Origin: Thermodesulfobacteriota bacterium
GTDB taxonomy: Bacteria > Desulfobacterota > Deferrimicrobia > Deferrimicrobiales > Deferrimicrobiaceae
Assembly (NCBI GenBank): GCA_040758155.1
Contig: JBFLWB010000140.1
Coordinates: 1-60,388 of the forward strand
Direction of reading: 5' to 3'
Length of the DNA: 60,388 bases
Within the stretch, counting starts at the first letter, position 1. Every line of letters begins with the position of its first letter. A model generated the notes under the pieces. It was not told the origin of the DNA, did not search any database, and saw only the letters and a list, made by a program, of their open reading frames with translations. The position numbers were made by a program, and so were the translations under genes. This document shows positions 1 to 8,539 of the stretch, in pieces.

Positions 1-455
1 GGTCCGCGCCGGGATACCTCGACGAACCGCGGCAGGAATTCAAGCGCCGCCTCGAGCCCTTCCCGGGCCGTATCGCTCATTCCTTCCCCGAAACGGTCGA
101 GGACCGCGGCGCGCATCCCCAGGAGATATCCCCTCGGCGCGGCGCCGAAGCAGGCGCGTGCGAGGTGAAGGACCTCGCAGGGATCGACGCCGTGCGTCGT
201 GAACCTTCCGGAGGCCCTCCCCTCGACCGGCCTCAGGTAGAACGGCTCTCCCGCGGAGCCGTCCGCGTCGGCGAACACCACGATGTCGTGCTCCGCGGCC
301 ATCGCTGCATGCTCGATCGAAAGCTGGTAGTCGCTCTCGACGGTGACGCCCGGCAGCCCCAGCGCCTCGAGCCGCTCCGCCAGGGCCGGCCCGAGCCCGT
401 CGTCCGCGCGGCCGGGATTGCCGTACCCGATGACCAGGATCCGCTCTCCGCTCAT
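1..455 (-). CDS. hoxW: [NiFe] hydrogenase maturation endopeptidase (HoxW/HycI family), 3' end runs off the window
   Basis: Absent from the ORF track because there is no stop inside the window. Reverse translation from ATG 455-453 gives MSGERILVIGYGNPGRADDGLGPALAERLEALGLPGVTVESDYQLSIEHAAMAAEHDIVVFADAD..., with the GNxxxxDDGxG start typical of hydrogenase endopeptidases. ATGA overlap with the hoxH stop at 452-455. Confidence 0.8.
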   Translation of the reverse strand, partial: MSGERILVIGYGNPGRADDGLGPALAERLEALGLPGVTVESDYQLSIEHAAMAAEHDIVVFADADGSAGEPFYLRPVEGRASGRFTTHGVDPCEVLHLARACFGAAPRGYLLGMRAAVLDRFGEGMSDTAREGLEAALEFLPRFVEVSRRG

Positions 456-1948
456 CCCTCTCCCGCGGCCCCCGCGTCGCGCACCATTTTCGCCATGACT
501 TCCCCCGAAGCATCGACCAGCTCGACGTCCAGCGGCATCTCCCCCACGGCGTGCGTCGCGCAGGAGAGGCAGGGATCGTAGGCGCGGATGGCCACCTCGA
601 TGCAGTTCAGCAGCTTCCCGGAGATCTCCTTCCGCCCGCTGAAATGGTCCTTGGCCACCTTCGTGACGGCGCGGTTCATCGGCTCGTTGTTATTGGTCGT
701 GGACACGATGAGGTTGCACATCGTCACCTCGTCGTTTCGGTTCACGCGGTAATGGTGAAAGAGAGTTCCCCGGGGCGCCTCGACGACGGCGACCGCCTCC
801 TCCCGGCGCGGCCCGGAGGCGAGCAGCTCCCTCCCCTGCAGGTCCGGATCCAGGAGCAGCTCCCGGATCTTCTCGATCGCGTGGAGCAGCTCGATCATCC
901 GGGCCCAATGGTAGCACATGGTGACGTTGTTCGCCCGGTCCTTGTGCAGCTCCCGGAACTCCCCGTGCGCGGCGTTCGCCTCTTCGGTGTCGATGAACGA
1001 CGCCGTGTTCAGGCGCGCCAGCGGCCCGACCCGGTACCAGCCGTATTCGGGGCCCAGCTCCTTCAGGAAGGGGAACTTCATGTACGACCAGGGGCGCACC
1101 TCCTCCATCAGCACGTCGAGGTACCTCTGGGGGTTCACGTCGACGAGGATCATGTTGCGGTCCTTGTCCACGGCGCGCAGCACCCCCTCGTACAGGTCGA
1201 GCGCCCCGTCGGACTCCCGCACCAGCGACAGGTGGTTTGAGTCGAACGAGCCGAAGGGCGCAAGCTCGTCGAGATGCTCCATGGTGAAGTCGCGCGCGAT
1301 GCCGACCGCCTCGCGCGCCCACGCCAGCATCCTGTCGGCGTCCTTGAGCAGATCGTCCCGCTCCGCGAGGGAGAGGTTCTTGTTCACGCCCCCGGGGACG
1401 GCGCCGGTGCCGTGGATCTTCTTCCCGGCCGTCCTCCGGATGATCTCCTGCCCGTACTTGCGCATCATCACGCCCTGGACCGCAAGGTCCGGGAACTTCG
1501 CGGCCACCGCGAGGATGTTGCGCTTTTCCGGAGGGGCGCCGAAGGCGCTCGCCGCCGTGCCGTCCGTGCCGAAAAGGAAATCCGGGGAGGCCAGGTGGAA
1601 GAAGTGCAGCGCGTGGCTCTGGAAAATCTGGCCGTAATGCATGAGCCGGCGCACCTTCTCCGCCGTGGGGGTGAGCCGCTCCCCCCCCACGATCCGGTCC
1701 ATGGCCTTGGCCGCCGCCAGGTGGTGGCTCACGGGGCAGATCCCGCACAGCCGCTGGACGATGACCGGCACTTCCCAGAACGGCCTTCCGAGGATGAACC
1801 GCTCGAAGCCGCGGAACTCGACGATGTGCAGGCGCGCGTGGTCCACCACGCCCGAATCGTCCATATGGATCGTCACCTTCCCGTGTCCCTCCACGCGGGT
1901 CACCGGAAGGATCGTGTACCGTTTCCCCTTGCCGCCGTCGGCCGTCAT
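452..1948 (-). CDS. hoxH: [NiFe] hydrogenase large (catalytic) subunit, NAD-reducing/bidirectional type
   Basis: 498 aa. RVEGHG and RLCGICPVSH (RxCGxCxxxH) near the N terminus. DPCLSCATH near the C terminus, followed by a ~30-aa tail of the kind cleaved by the endopeptidase. Confidence 0.93.
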   Translation of the reverse strand: MTADGGKGKRYTILPVTRVEGHGKVTIHMDDSGVVDHARLHIVEFRGFERFILGRPFWEVPVIVQRLCGICPVSHHLAAAKAMDRIVGGERLTPTAEKVRRLMHYGQIFQSHALHFFHLASPDFLFGTDGTAASAFGAPPEKRNILAVAAKFPDLAVQGVMMRKYGQEIIRRTAGKKIHGTGAVPGGVNKNLSLAERDDLLKDADRMLAWAREAVGIARDFTMEHLDELAPFGSFDSNHLSLVRESDGALDLYEGVLRAVDKDRNMILVDVNPQRYLDVLMEEVRPWSYMKFPFLKELGPEYGWYRVGPLARLNTASFIDTEEANAAHGEFRELHKDRANNVTMCYHWARMIELLHAIEKIRELLLDPDLQGRELLASGPRREEAVAVVEAPRGTLFHHYRVNRNDEVTMCNLIVSTTNNNEPMNRAVTKVAKDHFSGRKEISGKLLNCIEVAIRAYDPCLSCATHAVGEMPLDVELVDASGEVMAKMVRDAGAAGEG

Positions 1949-1960
1949 CGAAAAATCCTT

Positions 1961-2509
1961 CTAATCGTACTTGAGGTGCTCATAGACCGGCTCCGCGCTC
2001 CTGCCGGTCAGCAGGGCCGTCAGGGCGGCCCAGATGGCGTCCGCCGGCGGAGGGCAGCCCGGAATGAAGCGGTCGATCTTCACGACTTCGTGGCACGGAT
2101 AGACCCGGTTCAGCAGAAGGGGAATCTCCGGGTCGTTCGGCAGGACGTTCAGCGGGTTGTAGGTTCCCGGGCACTTCAGGTAGGCCTGCTCGAGGCACTC
2201 GCGCAGCGGGATGTTGTTCCGCATCGCGGGAACGCCCCCGTTGATCGCGCAGTCTCCGAGGGAGATCAGCACGTCGCACTGCTTCCGGAACTTCTCCAGC
2301 AGCTCGACGTTCTCCTCGTTGCAGCACCCCCCCTCCACGATGCCGACCGCGCAGCGGTCCCGGAACTCCTTGAAGTCGTTGATCGGGGAGCGGTCGAACT
2401 CGACCCTCGTCGCCAGCTCGAGGATCCGCTCGTCGATGTCGAGGACGGACATGTGGCAGCCGAAGCAGCCCGCCAGGCTGGCCGTCGCGATGCGCGGCTT
2501 GGGCGACAT
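1961..2509 (-). CDS. hoxY: [NiFe] hydrogenase small subunit, short group-3 type
   Basis: 182 aa. N-terminal ASLAGCFGCHMS and C-terminal GCPP cysteine motifs. Sits between hoxU and hoxH. Confidence 0.9.
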   Translation of the reverse strand: MSPKPRIATASLAGCFGCHMSVLDIDERILELATRVEFDRSPINDFKEFRDRCAVGIVEGGCCNEENVELLEKFRKQCDVLISLGDCAINGGVPAMRNNIPLRECLEQAYLKCPGTYNPLNVLPNDPEIPLLLNRVYPCHEVVKIDRFIPGCPPPADAIWAALTALLTGRSAEPVYEHLKYD

Positions 2510-2510
2510 C

Positions 2511-3215
2511 CTATTTGTCCTCCCTCGTCTCGATATCTTCGCCGATGGGCTGCCCGTCGTACCTCCGCTGCCCGACGGGCACCTCGTAGCCGACGCGCTT
2601 CCGCATCAGGGCGCCGACCGGGCAGACGGAGACCGCCTCGTCCGTTGCCTTGAGGTCGGTCTCCGACAGCGAATCGCCGTTGACCTGCAGCCGCTTCCTG
2701 GAGCCGCGCCCGACGAACTGGAACACGTTCTTCCGGTCCATGTCCTGGGAGGCCCGGACGCAGCGGCCGCACAGGATGCAGCGGTTGTGGTCGATGTAGA
2801 CGTCGGGATGCGAAAGGTCGATGTCGCGCTTCGGGTTGAGGTACCGGTACCTCGGCGCCGCGATGCCGAACCGGTAGGCCAGTGCCTGCAGCTCGCAGAA
2901 GCCGCTCTTCTCGCAGAACATGCAGAAATGGTTCCCCTCCACGAAAAGCATGTCGACGAGGTTCCGGCGGAACTCCTGCAGCTCGGGGGTCTCGCTCTCG
3001 ACGACCGCCCCCTCGGCGACGGTCTGCACGCAGGCGGCCTGGATGCGTCCGTTCACCCGGACCGAGCATACCCGGCAGCTCCCGTGGGGAGTGAGGTCCC
3101 GGTATGCGCACAGCCGCGGGATGAAGATCCCGGCCGCCTCCGCGGCCTTGAGGATCGTCTGGCCCCGGATCGCCTTGACCGTCTTCCCGTCGATCGTGAA
3201 CGTGACGCGGCTCAT
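2511..3215 (-). CDS. hoxU: Diaphorase iron-sulfur subunit (NuoG N-terminal-like, 2Fe-2S plus 4Fe-4S)
   Basis: 234 aa. Ferredoxin-like CAY...C..C...C, then HFCMFCEKSGFCELQ and CILCGRCVRAS...CPVGAL cluster motifs. Confidence 0.9.
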   Translation of the reverse strand: MSRVTFTIDGKTVKAIRGQTILKAAEAAGIFIPRLCAYRDLTPHGSCRVCSVRVNGRIQAACVQTVAEGAVVESETPELQEFRRNLVDMLFVEGNHFCMFCEKSGFCELQALAYRFGIAAPRYRYLNPKRDIDLSHPDVYIDHNRCILCGRCVRASQDMDRKNVFQFVGRGSRKRLQVNGDSLSETDLKATDEAVSVCPVGALMRKRVGYEVPVGQRRYDGQPIGEDIETREDK

Positions 3216-3230
3216 CGCTTCCTCCGGCGG

Positions 3231-5072
3231 TTAGACGTATTTCGACTGCCTGCCGACCCGCAGCTCGGCGTCGATGACCGCCTTGGACAGGTCGAACTCC
3301 GGGAGCAGTCCCGGCCTGCGCTCCGCGACGAACCCCGCCGAGAGGTCCCCGAAGATCTCCAGGGCCCCCAGCACGGGATTGGGGGCGGCCTGCCCGAGGC
3401 CGCAGCGGCTCGTGCGGATGATGAAGTTCGACAGGCTGCGCATCTCCGCCAGGTCCGCCGGGGCGCCGGCGCCCTCGATCACCTTGTGGACCAGATCCTT
3501 CAGGAGGATCAGCCCCACGCGGCACGGAGTGCAGTGGCCGCAGCTCTCCTCGATGAAGAAGTCGAGGTAATGCTCCGCGATCTCCAGCCTGTTGCGAGCG
3601 CGGTTGAAGACGACGATCGCCCCGCCCGTGGCGAGGTCGTCGTAGCAGATCCGCCCCTCCAGCCGGTCCGGCCCGATCATCTGCCGGCAGGGGCCGCCGA
3701 TCAGCAGGGTGCCCGTGTTTTCCGCCTCCGACATCTCGAGCAGCTCGGCGGGGGTGATGCCGAACGGCACTTCGTACACCCCGGGCTTCCGGCAGTCCCC
3801 GGAGATGCTCAGCACCTTCGTCCCGGTGGTCCGCGAGGACCCCATCGAGGCGAACCAGTCGCTCCCCTCGACCAGGATGCGGGATACGCAGCAGAGCGTC
3901 TCGACGTTGTTGACGATGGTGGGGCTGCCCAGGTATCCCTGCTGCGGCGGGAACGGCGGGCGGTTTTTCGGGTCGCCGCGGAACCCCTCGCAGGAGCTGA
4001 TCAGCGCGGTCTCCTCGCCGCAGATGTAGGCCCCGGCGCCGAGCTGGACCCGGATGTCGAAGTGGAACCCTTTCCTCCCGAGGATGTCCCGCCCGAGAAG
4101 CCCCTTCCGGCGACGCTCTTCGATCCTGCTTTCGAGGAACGCGAGGAGGTACCGGTACTCCCCCCGCAGGTAGACGATCCCCGTGTCGCTGCCGACCGCG
4201 TAGCCGGCGATCGCCATCCCCTCCAGAAGCTGGTCGGCGCACTCGGTCAGTAGGACGCGGTCCTTGAAGGTTCCCGGTTCCCCTTCGTCGGCGTTGCACA
4301 GGACGTAACGCCTCTCGCCGGGGGAACCGGCGGCCATCTCCCATTTCAGCCCGGCGGGGAAGCCCGCCCCTCCGCGCCCGCGCAGCCGCGAGTCCTTGAT
4401 CGCGCGGATCACCTCAGCGGGTGCGAGCGCCAACGCCTTCCGGAGACCGCTCCCGGGGTCGAACGGGGCGAAATGGACCGGCCCGCGCATCCGGATGTTG
4501 TTGCGGACCATCGACCGCACGAGCGGATGCTCGTTGTTGCCGTCCCCGACCATCGTGACGAGCTGCTGCGGATCGAGGTGCTTCCTCAGGTCGCGGATGA
4601 GCTGCCGCCCCCGTTCGGGTGTCAGGTGCGTCACCACCACCCCGTTGATCAGCGCGGCGGGCGCCTGGTCGCTCATGCCGATGCAGGGGGTGTGGGTCAG
4701 GGTGATGGCGCCGTCCGGCGTCGTCTCCCCCATCGTGACGCCGAGCTCCCTGGACATCGCCTCCGCGACGGCCTCGTACCCCTTCATCCAGTCCACGATG
4801 TCGCGGCAGAGGCGGATGACGACCTTCCCCTGCGGCTTCACCGACAGGAAGGAATAAAACGACACGAGGCTTTCCACTTCCACCCGGTGCGACCCGACCG
4901 CGCGGGCGATCTCCTCCATGGCTTCGTGCGAAACGCACCCGAACCTTTCCTGCACCGCGATGGCGATGTCCATCAGGCGGGAGCGGTCGTTTCCGAACTT
5001 CCTGCAGATTTCGGCGGTTACACTCGCCGTTCCCCGTTTCAATCGTGCCTCCCCGGCCCTCCCGTTTCGCAT
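3231..5072 (-). CDS. hoxF: Diaphorase NAD(H)/FMN-binding subunit (NuoE-like domain fused to NuoF-like domain)
   Basis: 613 aa. GRGGAGFPAGLKW (FMN/NADH site) and ESCGHCTPCRVG (4Fe-4S). N-terminal thioredoxin-like NuoE-type domain. An alternative start is TTG at 5042, which has a strong GGGGAGG SD 5 nt upstream; ATG 5072 has no SD. Confidence 0.9.
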   Translation of the reverse strand: MRNGRAGEARLKRGTASVTAEICRKFGNDRSRLMDIAIAVQERFGCVSHEAMEEIARAVGSHRVEVESLVSFYSFLSVKPQGKVVIRLCRDIVDWMKGYEAVAEAMSRELGVTMGETTPDGAITLTHTPCIGMSDQAPAALINGVVVTHLTPERGRQLIRDLRKHLDPQQLVTMVGDGNNEHPLVRSMVRNNIRMRGPVHFAPFDPGSGLRKALALAPAEVIRAIKDSRLRGRGGAGFPAGLKWEMAAGSPGERRYVLCNADEGEPGTFKDRVLLTECADQLLEGMAIAGYAVGSDTGIVYLRGEYRYLLAFLESRIEERRRKGLLGRDILGRKGFHFDIRVQLGAGAYICGEETALISSCEGFRGDPKNRPPFPPQQGYLGSPTIVNNVETLCCVSRILVEGSDWFASMGSSRTTGTKVLSISGDCRKPGVYEVPFGITPAELLEMSEAENTGTLLIGGPCRQMIGPDRLEGRICYDDLATGGAIVVFNRARNRLEIAEHYLDFFIEESCGHCTPCRVGLILLKDLVHKVIEGAGAPADLAEMRSLSNFIIRTSRCGLGQAAPNPVLGALEIFGDLSAGFVAERRPGLLPEFDLSKAVIDAELRVGRQSKYV

Positions 5073-5159
5073 GGGGCGCGTTCGTTATAAAACGCCCAAC
5101 GCAGATTACCGCAAACGCTCCCGGCAATCCACATTTCTCGTACGCCCCGGAGGCTCCCC

Positions 5160-5202
5160 GGGAGAGCGGATGCGATTTATCATATTTATAGGGATTTATA
5201 AT
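5160..5202. promoter_or_regulatory. AT-rich divergent promoter region between hoxF and the adenylating-enzyme gene
   Basis: Local AT-rich island (tgcgatttatcatatttatagggatttataat) in an otherwise GC-rich window. TATAAT at 5197-5202 on the plus strand, and TATAAA-like boxes on the minus strand. No convincing -35. Confidence 0.3.
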
Positions 5203-5227
5203 GGGGACACCCGGGAGGAAGGCCGCC

Positions 5228-6670
5228 ATGATCGCGTGGACTGCGGATAGGGCCAACCGCCAACCTCCCGAAATTCCTTCATTGTTCCGGTTGCTGCAGG
5301 ACCTTCGCCGGACAGGGAGGGAATCTTCGGAGGGATGGTCGGGCCGGATGCGGGCCCGTCTCGAGGAAACGGTACGCCACGCGAGGCTCCGATCGCCCTT
5401 CTACCGCGGGAAATACGCCTCCCTCCCGCGGGAGATCCGGGACATCGGGATTCTCCCTTCCGTCTCCAAACGGGAGTTGATGGAGAATTTCGACGCCTGG
5501 GCGACCGATCCCGCGGTTCGAAGGGAAACGGCGGACGCGTTCGTCGCCGATCCCTCCCGCATCGGGCAGCTCTACCTGGACCGTTACGTCGCTTTCTCTT
5601 CTTCCGGAACGACCGGTTCCCCCGTCATCCTGCTGCAGGACTCCGCGGCGATGACGGTCTACCAGGCGCTCTTCCTGGAGCGCCGCATCCCGTCACTGCT
5701 CTCCGCCCGGGACCTTTTTCCGCTTCTCAAGTGCCACGTGCGCATCGCGACGATCATCGCGACGGGGGGCCATTTCGCCAGCTCGGTGGTCGACGCCCGC
5801 GCCCGTGTCCATTGGCCGCGGCTGTACGGGCGCAACCGCACGTTTTCCCTGATGTCGCCCATGCCGGAGCTGGTGGACGCCCTGAACGATTACCGGCCGG
5901 CCGTCGTGGGGACCTATCCCACGGCGCTGGCCGTCCTTGCGGAGGAGCAGGCGGCGGGACGGCTGCGGATCCGCCCCGCCCTGCTGCTCTCGGGCGCCGA
6001 GCGGCTCTCCCGACCGCTCGCCGAGCGGATCTCCGCCGCGTTCCGCTGCCCCGTGCGCGACACCTACGCCGCTTCGGAATTCATGGGCATCGCGTTCGAC
6101 TGCCGGCTCGGTCGCATGCACGTCAACGCCGACTGGGTGGTCCTCGAGCCCGTGGACGCGGAGGGGCGGCCGTCCCTCCCGGGAGAGCCCTCCCGCACGA
6201 CGCTCCTCACGAACCTTGCCAACCGGCTCCAGCCGCTCATCCGGTACGACCTCGGCGACAGCGTCACGACGATGCCGGAAAGGTGCCCCTGCGGCAGCCC
6301 GCTTCCCGTCGTCCGGCCCGAGGGGCGGCGCGACGAAACGCTGCGCGTGGAACGGGAGGACGGCACGAGCGTGCCGCTGCTCCCCCTGGTGCTGGCTACG
6401 GTGATCGAGGAAACGACGGGGCTTTCGAGGTACCAGCTCCTCCAGGCGGGGCCGAGCGCGCTTCGGCTGCGCTTCGAGGAAGCGCCGGGGCTGGACCGCG
6501 CGCAGGTCGGAGCGGAGGCGGAGCGCCGTCTCCGGGCCTACCTGTCCTCCGTGGGGGTCGGCGCGGTATCGATCGAGCGGTCGGAGGAGCGGCCGCAGGT
6601 CAATCCGTCGGGGGGAAAGACCCGCTCGTTCCTCGTCGAGCGATCTTCAACATCTTCTCGGTCGCCTTGA
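5228..6670 (+). CDS. PaaK / coenzyme F390 synthetase-like adenylate-forming enzyme, substrate unknown
   Basis: ORF 5201-6670. SSGTTGSP AMP-binding loop, C-terminal SGGKTR lysine motif, and overall PaaK-family layout. Start placed at ATG 5228 because GGGAGGAAGG (5213-5222) precedes it, whereas ATG 5201 is embedded in a TATAAT box. Confidence 0.75.
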   Translation: MIAWTADRANRQPPEIPSLFRLLQDLRRTGRESSEGWSGRMRARLEETVRHARLRSPFYRGKYASLPREIRDIGILPSVSKRELMENFDAWATDPAVRRETADAFVADPSRIGQLYLDRYVAFSSSGTTGSPVILLQDSAAMTVYQALFLERRIPSLLSARDLFPLLKCHVRIATIIATGGHFASSVVDARARVHWPRLYGRNRTFSLMSPMPELVDALNDYRPAVVGTYPTALAVLAEEQAAGRLRIRPALLLSGAERLSRPLAERISAAFRCPVRDTYAASEFMGIAFDCRLGRMHVNADWVVLEPVDAEGRPSLPGEPSRTTLLTNLANRLQPLIRYDLGDSVTTMPERCPCGSPLPVVRPEGRRDETLRVEREDGTSVPLLPLVLATVIEETTGLSRYQLLQAGPSALRLRFEEAPGLDRAQVGAEAERRLRAYLSSVGVGAVSIERSEERPQVNPSGGKTRSFLVERSSTSSRSP

Positions 6671-7745
6671 GCCCGTGCCCCGTCAGGGGGGCGGCCACGA
6701 CGCCGGTCCGGAGCGAGGGACGGGAAAGGAACGCCGCGACGGGGAGAGCCGAGGTCGGCTCCACGTACAGCCCCTTGCGCCCCAGCAGGAGAAGCGCTTC
6801 TTCCACTTCCGGATCGTCCGCCGCGACGATCTCCCCCCCGGTGCTCCGCACGATTTCCAGGATCTCCGCCCACCGGACCGGTGCGGCGATCGCGACTCCC
6901 TCGGCGATCGTGTCCCCGCCGCGGACCGCCGGCAGGGAGTCGAGCCCGTCCCGGAACATCTCGTAAAGCGGCGCGCACCGCGCCGACTGGACCACCACGT
7001 GCCTCGGGATCCTGTCGATCAGCCCGGCGCCTTTCAGCTCCCGGAATCCGATATAGGAGCCGATCAGGAGGGTGCCGTTGCCCGTGGGCAGCAGGAGCGT
7101 GTCGGGCGCCCGGAACCCCATCTGCTCCCAGACCTCGTAGGCGAAGGTTTTCGTCCCGTGGAAGAAGAACGGGTTCCAGGAATGGCTCGCATAGTAATCG
7201 GTCGCGGCCGCCGCAAGCGCCGCTTCGGCGGTGTCTTCCCGGCTCCCGGGCACACGCGTCAGCTCCGCCCCGTACATCAGGATCTGGGCCAGCTTCCCGG
7301 GCGATGCGGATTCAGGGACCAGGATCCCGCACCGGATCCCCGCCTTCGCCGCGTACGCCGCGATCGCGCAGCCCGCGTTCCCCGACGAATCCTCCACGAT
7401 CCGCCCGACGCCGAGCTCCTTCGCCTTGCTGACGAGCACGGCGGCGCCGCGGTCCTTGTACGAGCCCGTCGTGAAGAGCTGCTCGAGCTTGAGGAGAAGC
7501 TCCCCCGGGCCGAGGTCCACCGGGATCAGCGGGGTCATCCCCTCGTCGAAGGAGACGATGTTGGCGTCGTCCCGGATCGGCAGCGCTTCCCGGTACCGCC
7601 ACATCGTGGGCTTCCGCCGGGCGATCTTCTCCGGGTCGAACCGGGCCTCGAAGCGGATCTCGAGGAGTCCCCCGCAGGAGCAGCGCCATACCGGGTCCTC
7701 CATCGAATACGTCCTGTCGCACGACCTGCAGGCCAGCGCGTCCAT
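6600..7745 (-). CDS. thrC: Threonine synthase-family PLP-dependent enzyme (short ThrC type)
   Basis: 381 aa. SYKDRG PLP-lysine motif, N-terminal CRSC...CSCGG zinc-ribbon-like segment, GNGT and TGHGLK motifs. AGGAGGA SD upstream. Whether it is the housekeeping ThrC or a paralog cannot be decided from the sequence alone. Confidence 0.8.
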   Translation of the reverse strand: MDALACRSCDRTYSMEDPVWRCSCGGLLEIRFEARFDPEKIARRKPTMWRYREALPIRDDANIVSFDEGMTPLIPVDLGPGELLLKLEQLFTTGSYKDRGAAVLVSKAKELGVGRIVEDSSGNAGCAIAAYAAKAGIRCGILVPESASPGKLAQILMYGAELTRVPGSREDTAEAALAAAATDYYASHSWNPFFFHGTKTFAYEVWEQMGFRAPDTLLLPTGNGTLLIGSYIGFRELKGAGLIDRIPRHVVVQSARCAPLYEMFRDGLDSLPAVRGGDTIAEGVAIAAPVRWAEILEIVRSTGGEIVAADDPEVEEALLLLGRKGLYVEPTSALPVAAFLSRPSLRTGVVAAPLTGHGLKATEKMLKIARRGTSGSFPPTD

Positions 7746-7776
7746 GGGAATCCTCCTGTCCGTCCGTCTATCGGCG

Positions 7777-7818
7777 AAAAACGGAAAAGCCCCCGGAAAC
7801 CTCTAGGCATCCGGGGGC
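7777..7818 (-). terminator. Rho-independent terminator downstream of tRNA-Gly
   Basis: Minus strand reads GCCCCCGGA-N12-TCCGGGGGC followed by TTTTCCGTTTTT. Confidence 0.7.
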
Positions 7819-7831
7819 CTGCGTGTTGCGA

Positions 7832-7906
7832 TGGAGCGGGCGACGAGATTTGAACTCGCGACTTCGACCTTGGCAAGGTCGCACTCTACCGCTGAGTTAC
7901 GCCCGC
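7832..7906 (-). tRNA. tRNA-Gly (anticodon GCC), CCA encoded
   Basis: Minus strand reads GCGGGCGTAACTCAGCGGTAGAGTGCGACCTTGCCAAGGTCGAAGTCGCGAGTTCAAATCTCGTCGCCCGCTCCA. It folds by hand into a cloverleaf: 7-bp acceptor, anticodon loop TTGCCAA, GTTCAAATC T-loop, discriminator U. Confidence 0.95.
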
Positions 7907-7945
7907 GCGGTAAGGGACGATTTTAGGCGAACCGGCGAGAGGTTG

Positions 7946-8539
7946 TCAAGGAGGACCGTCGGCCGGACCATGCTTGAAAAGCTCCCCCACGAACCGGAAA
8001 AAGTAGTCCAGCCCCGACCATGTGGTAAGCACGAGCCCGGCGGAAAGGACCCCGAGCCCCATCGAGTGGACGGGAAGGCCGAAGAGAGGATAATGCAGGA
8101 TCAGCATCGCCACCCCGATGTTCAGCAGGAGCGTCTTCCATTTTCCCAGGCGCGACGCGGCGATGACCACCCCCTCCGTCGAAGCGATACCGCGCAGGGC
8201 CGTGACGCCGATCTCCCGCGCCACGACAATGACGGCCATCCACGCGGGGACCCGTTCCGGCGGGATGAGCATGATCATGGCGGCGCACACCAGCAGCTTG
8301 TCCGCCAGCGGGTCGAGCAGCTTTCCCACGTCGGTGACCATCCGGTACCTGCGGGCGATGTAGCCGTCGAACAGGTCCGTCACCGCAGCGCCGACGAAGA
8401 TCGAAAACGCCGCGAACGAGCTCTGGAAGGAGATCTCCCGGCGGGCGCCCGGCAGCAGCAGAAGCACCACAGCGGGAATGGCGACGATCCGCAACAGTGT
8501 GAGAAAATTGGGAATATTCAGCCGGGAGGGGCTGTTCAT
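7946..8539 (-). CDS. pgsA: CDP-diacylglycerol--glycerol-3-phosphate 3-phosphatidyltransferase
   Basis: C-terminal 197 aa of track ORF 7946-9142, starting at MNSPSRLNIPNFLTLLRI. CDP-alcohol phosphatidyltransferase motif DLFDGYIARR...DPLADK. ATGA overlap with the upstream gene. Confidence 0.9.
   Translation of the reverse strand: MNSPSRLNIPNFLTLLRIVAIPAVVLLLLPGARREISFQSSFAAFSIFVGAAVTDLFDGYIARRYRMVTDVGKLLDPLADKLLVCAAMIMLIPPERVPAWMAVIVVAREIGVTALRGIASTEGVVIAASRLGKWKTLLLNIGVAMLILHYPLFGLPVHSMGLGVLSAGLVLTTWSGLDYFFRFVGELFKHGPADGPP

Noticed and set aside
5073-5200. A sigma54 (-24/-12) promoter upstream of the hydrogenase operon.
   Set aside because: The TGGATTGC...TTTGC strings on the minus strand do not have the GG-N10-GC spacing of TGGCAC-N5-TTGC. 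Only AT-rich sigma70-like boxes are visible, and those with low confidence.
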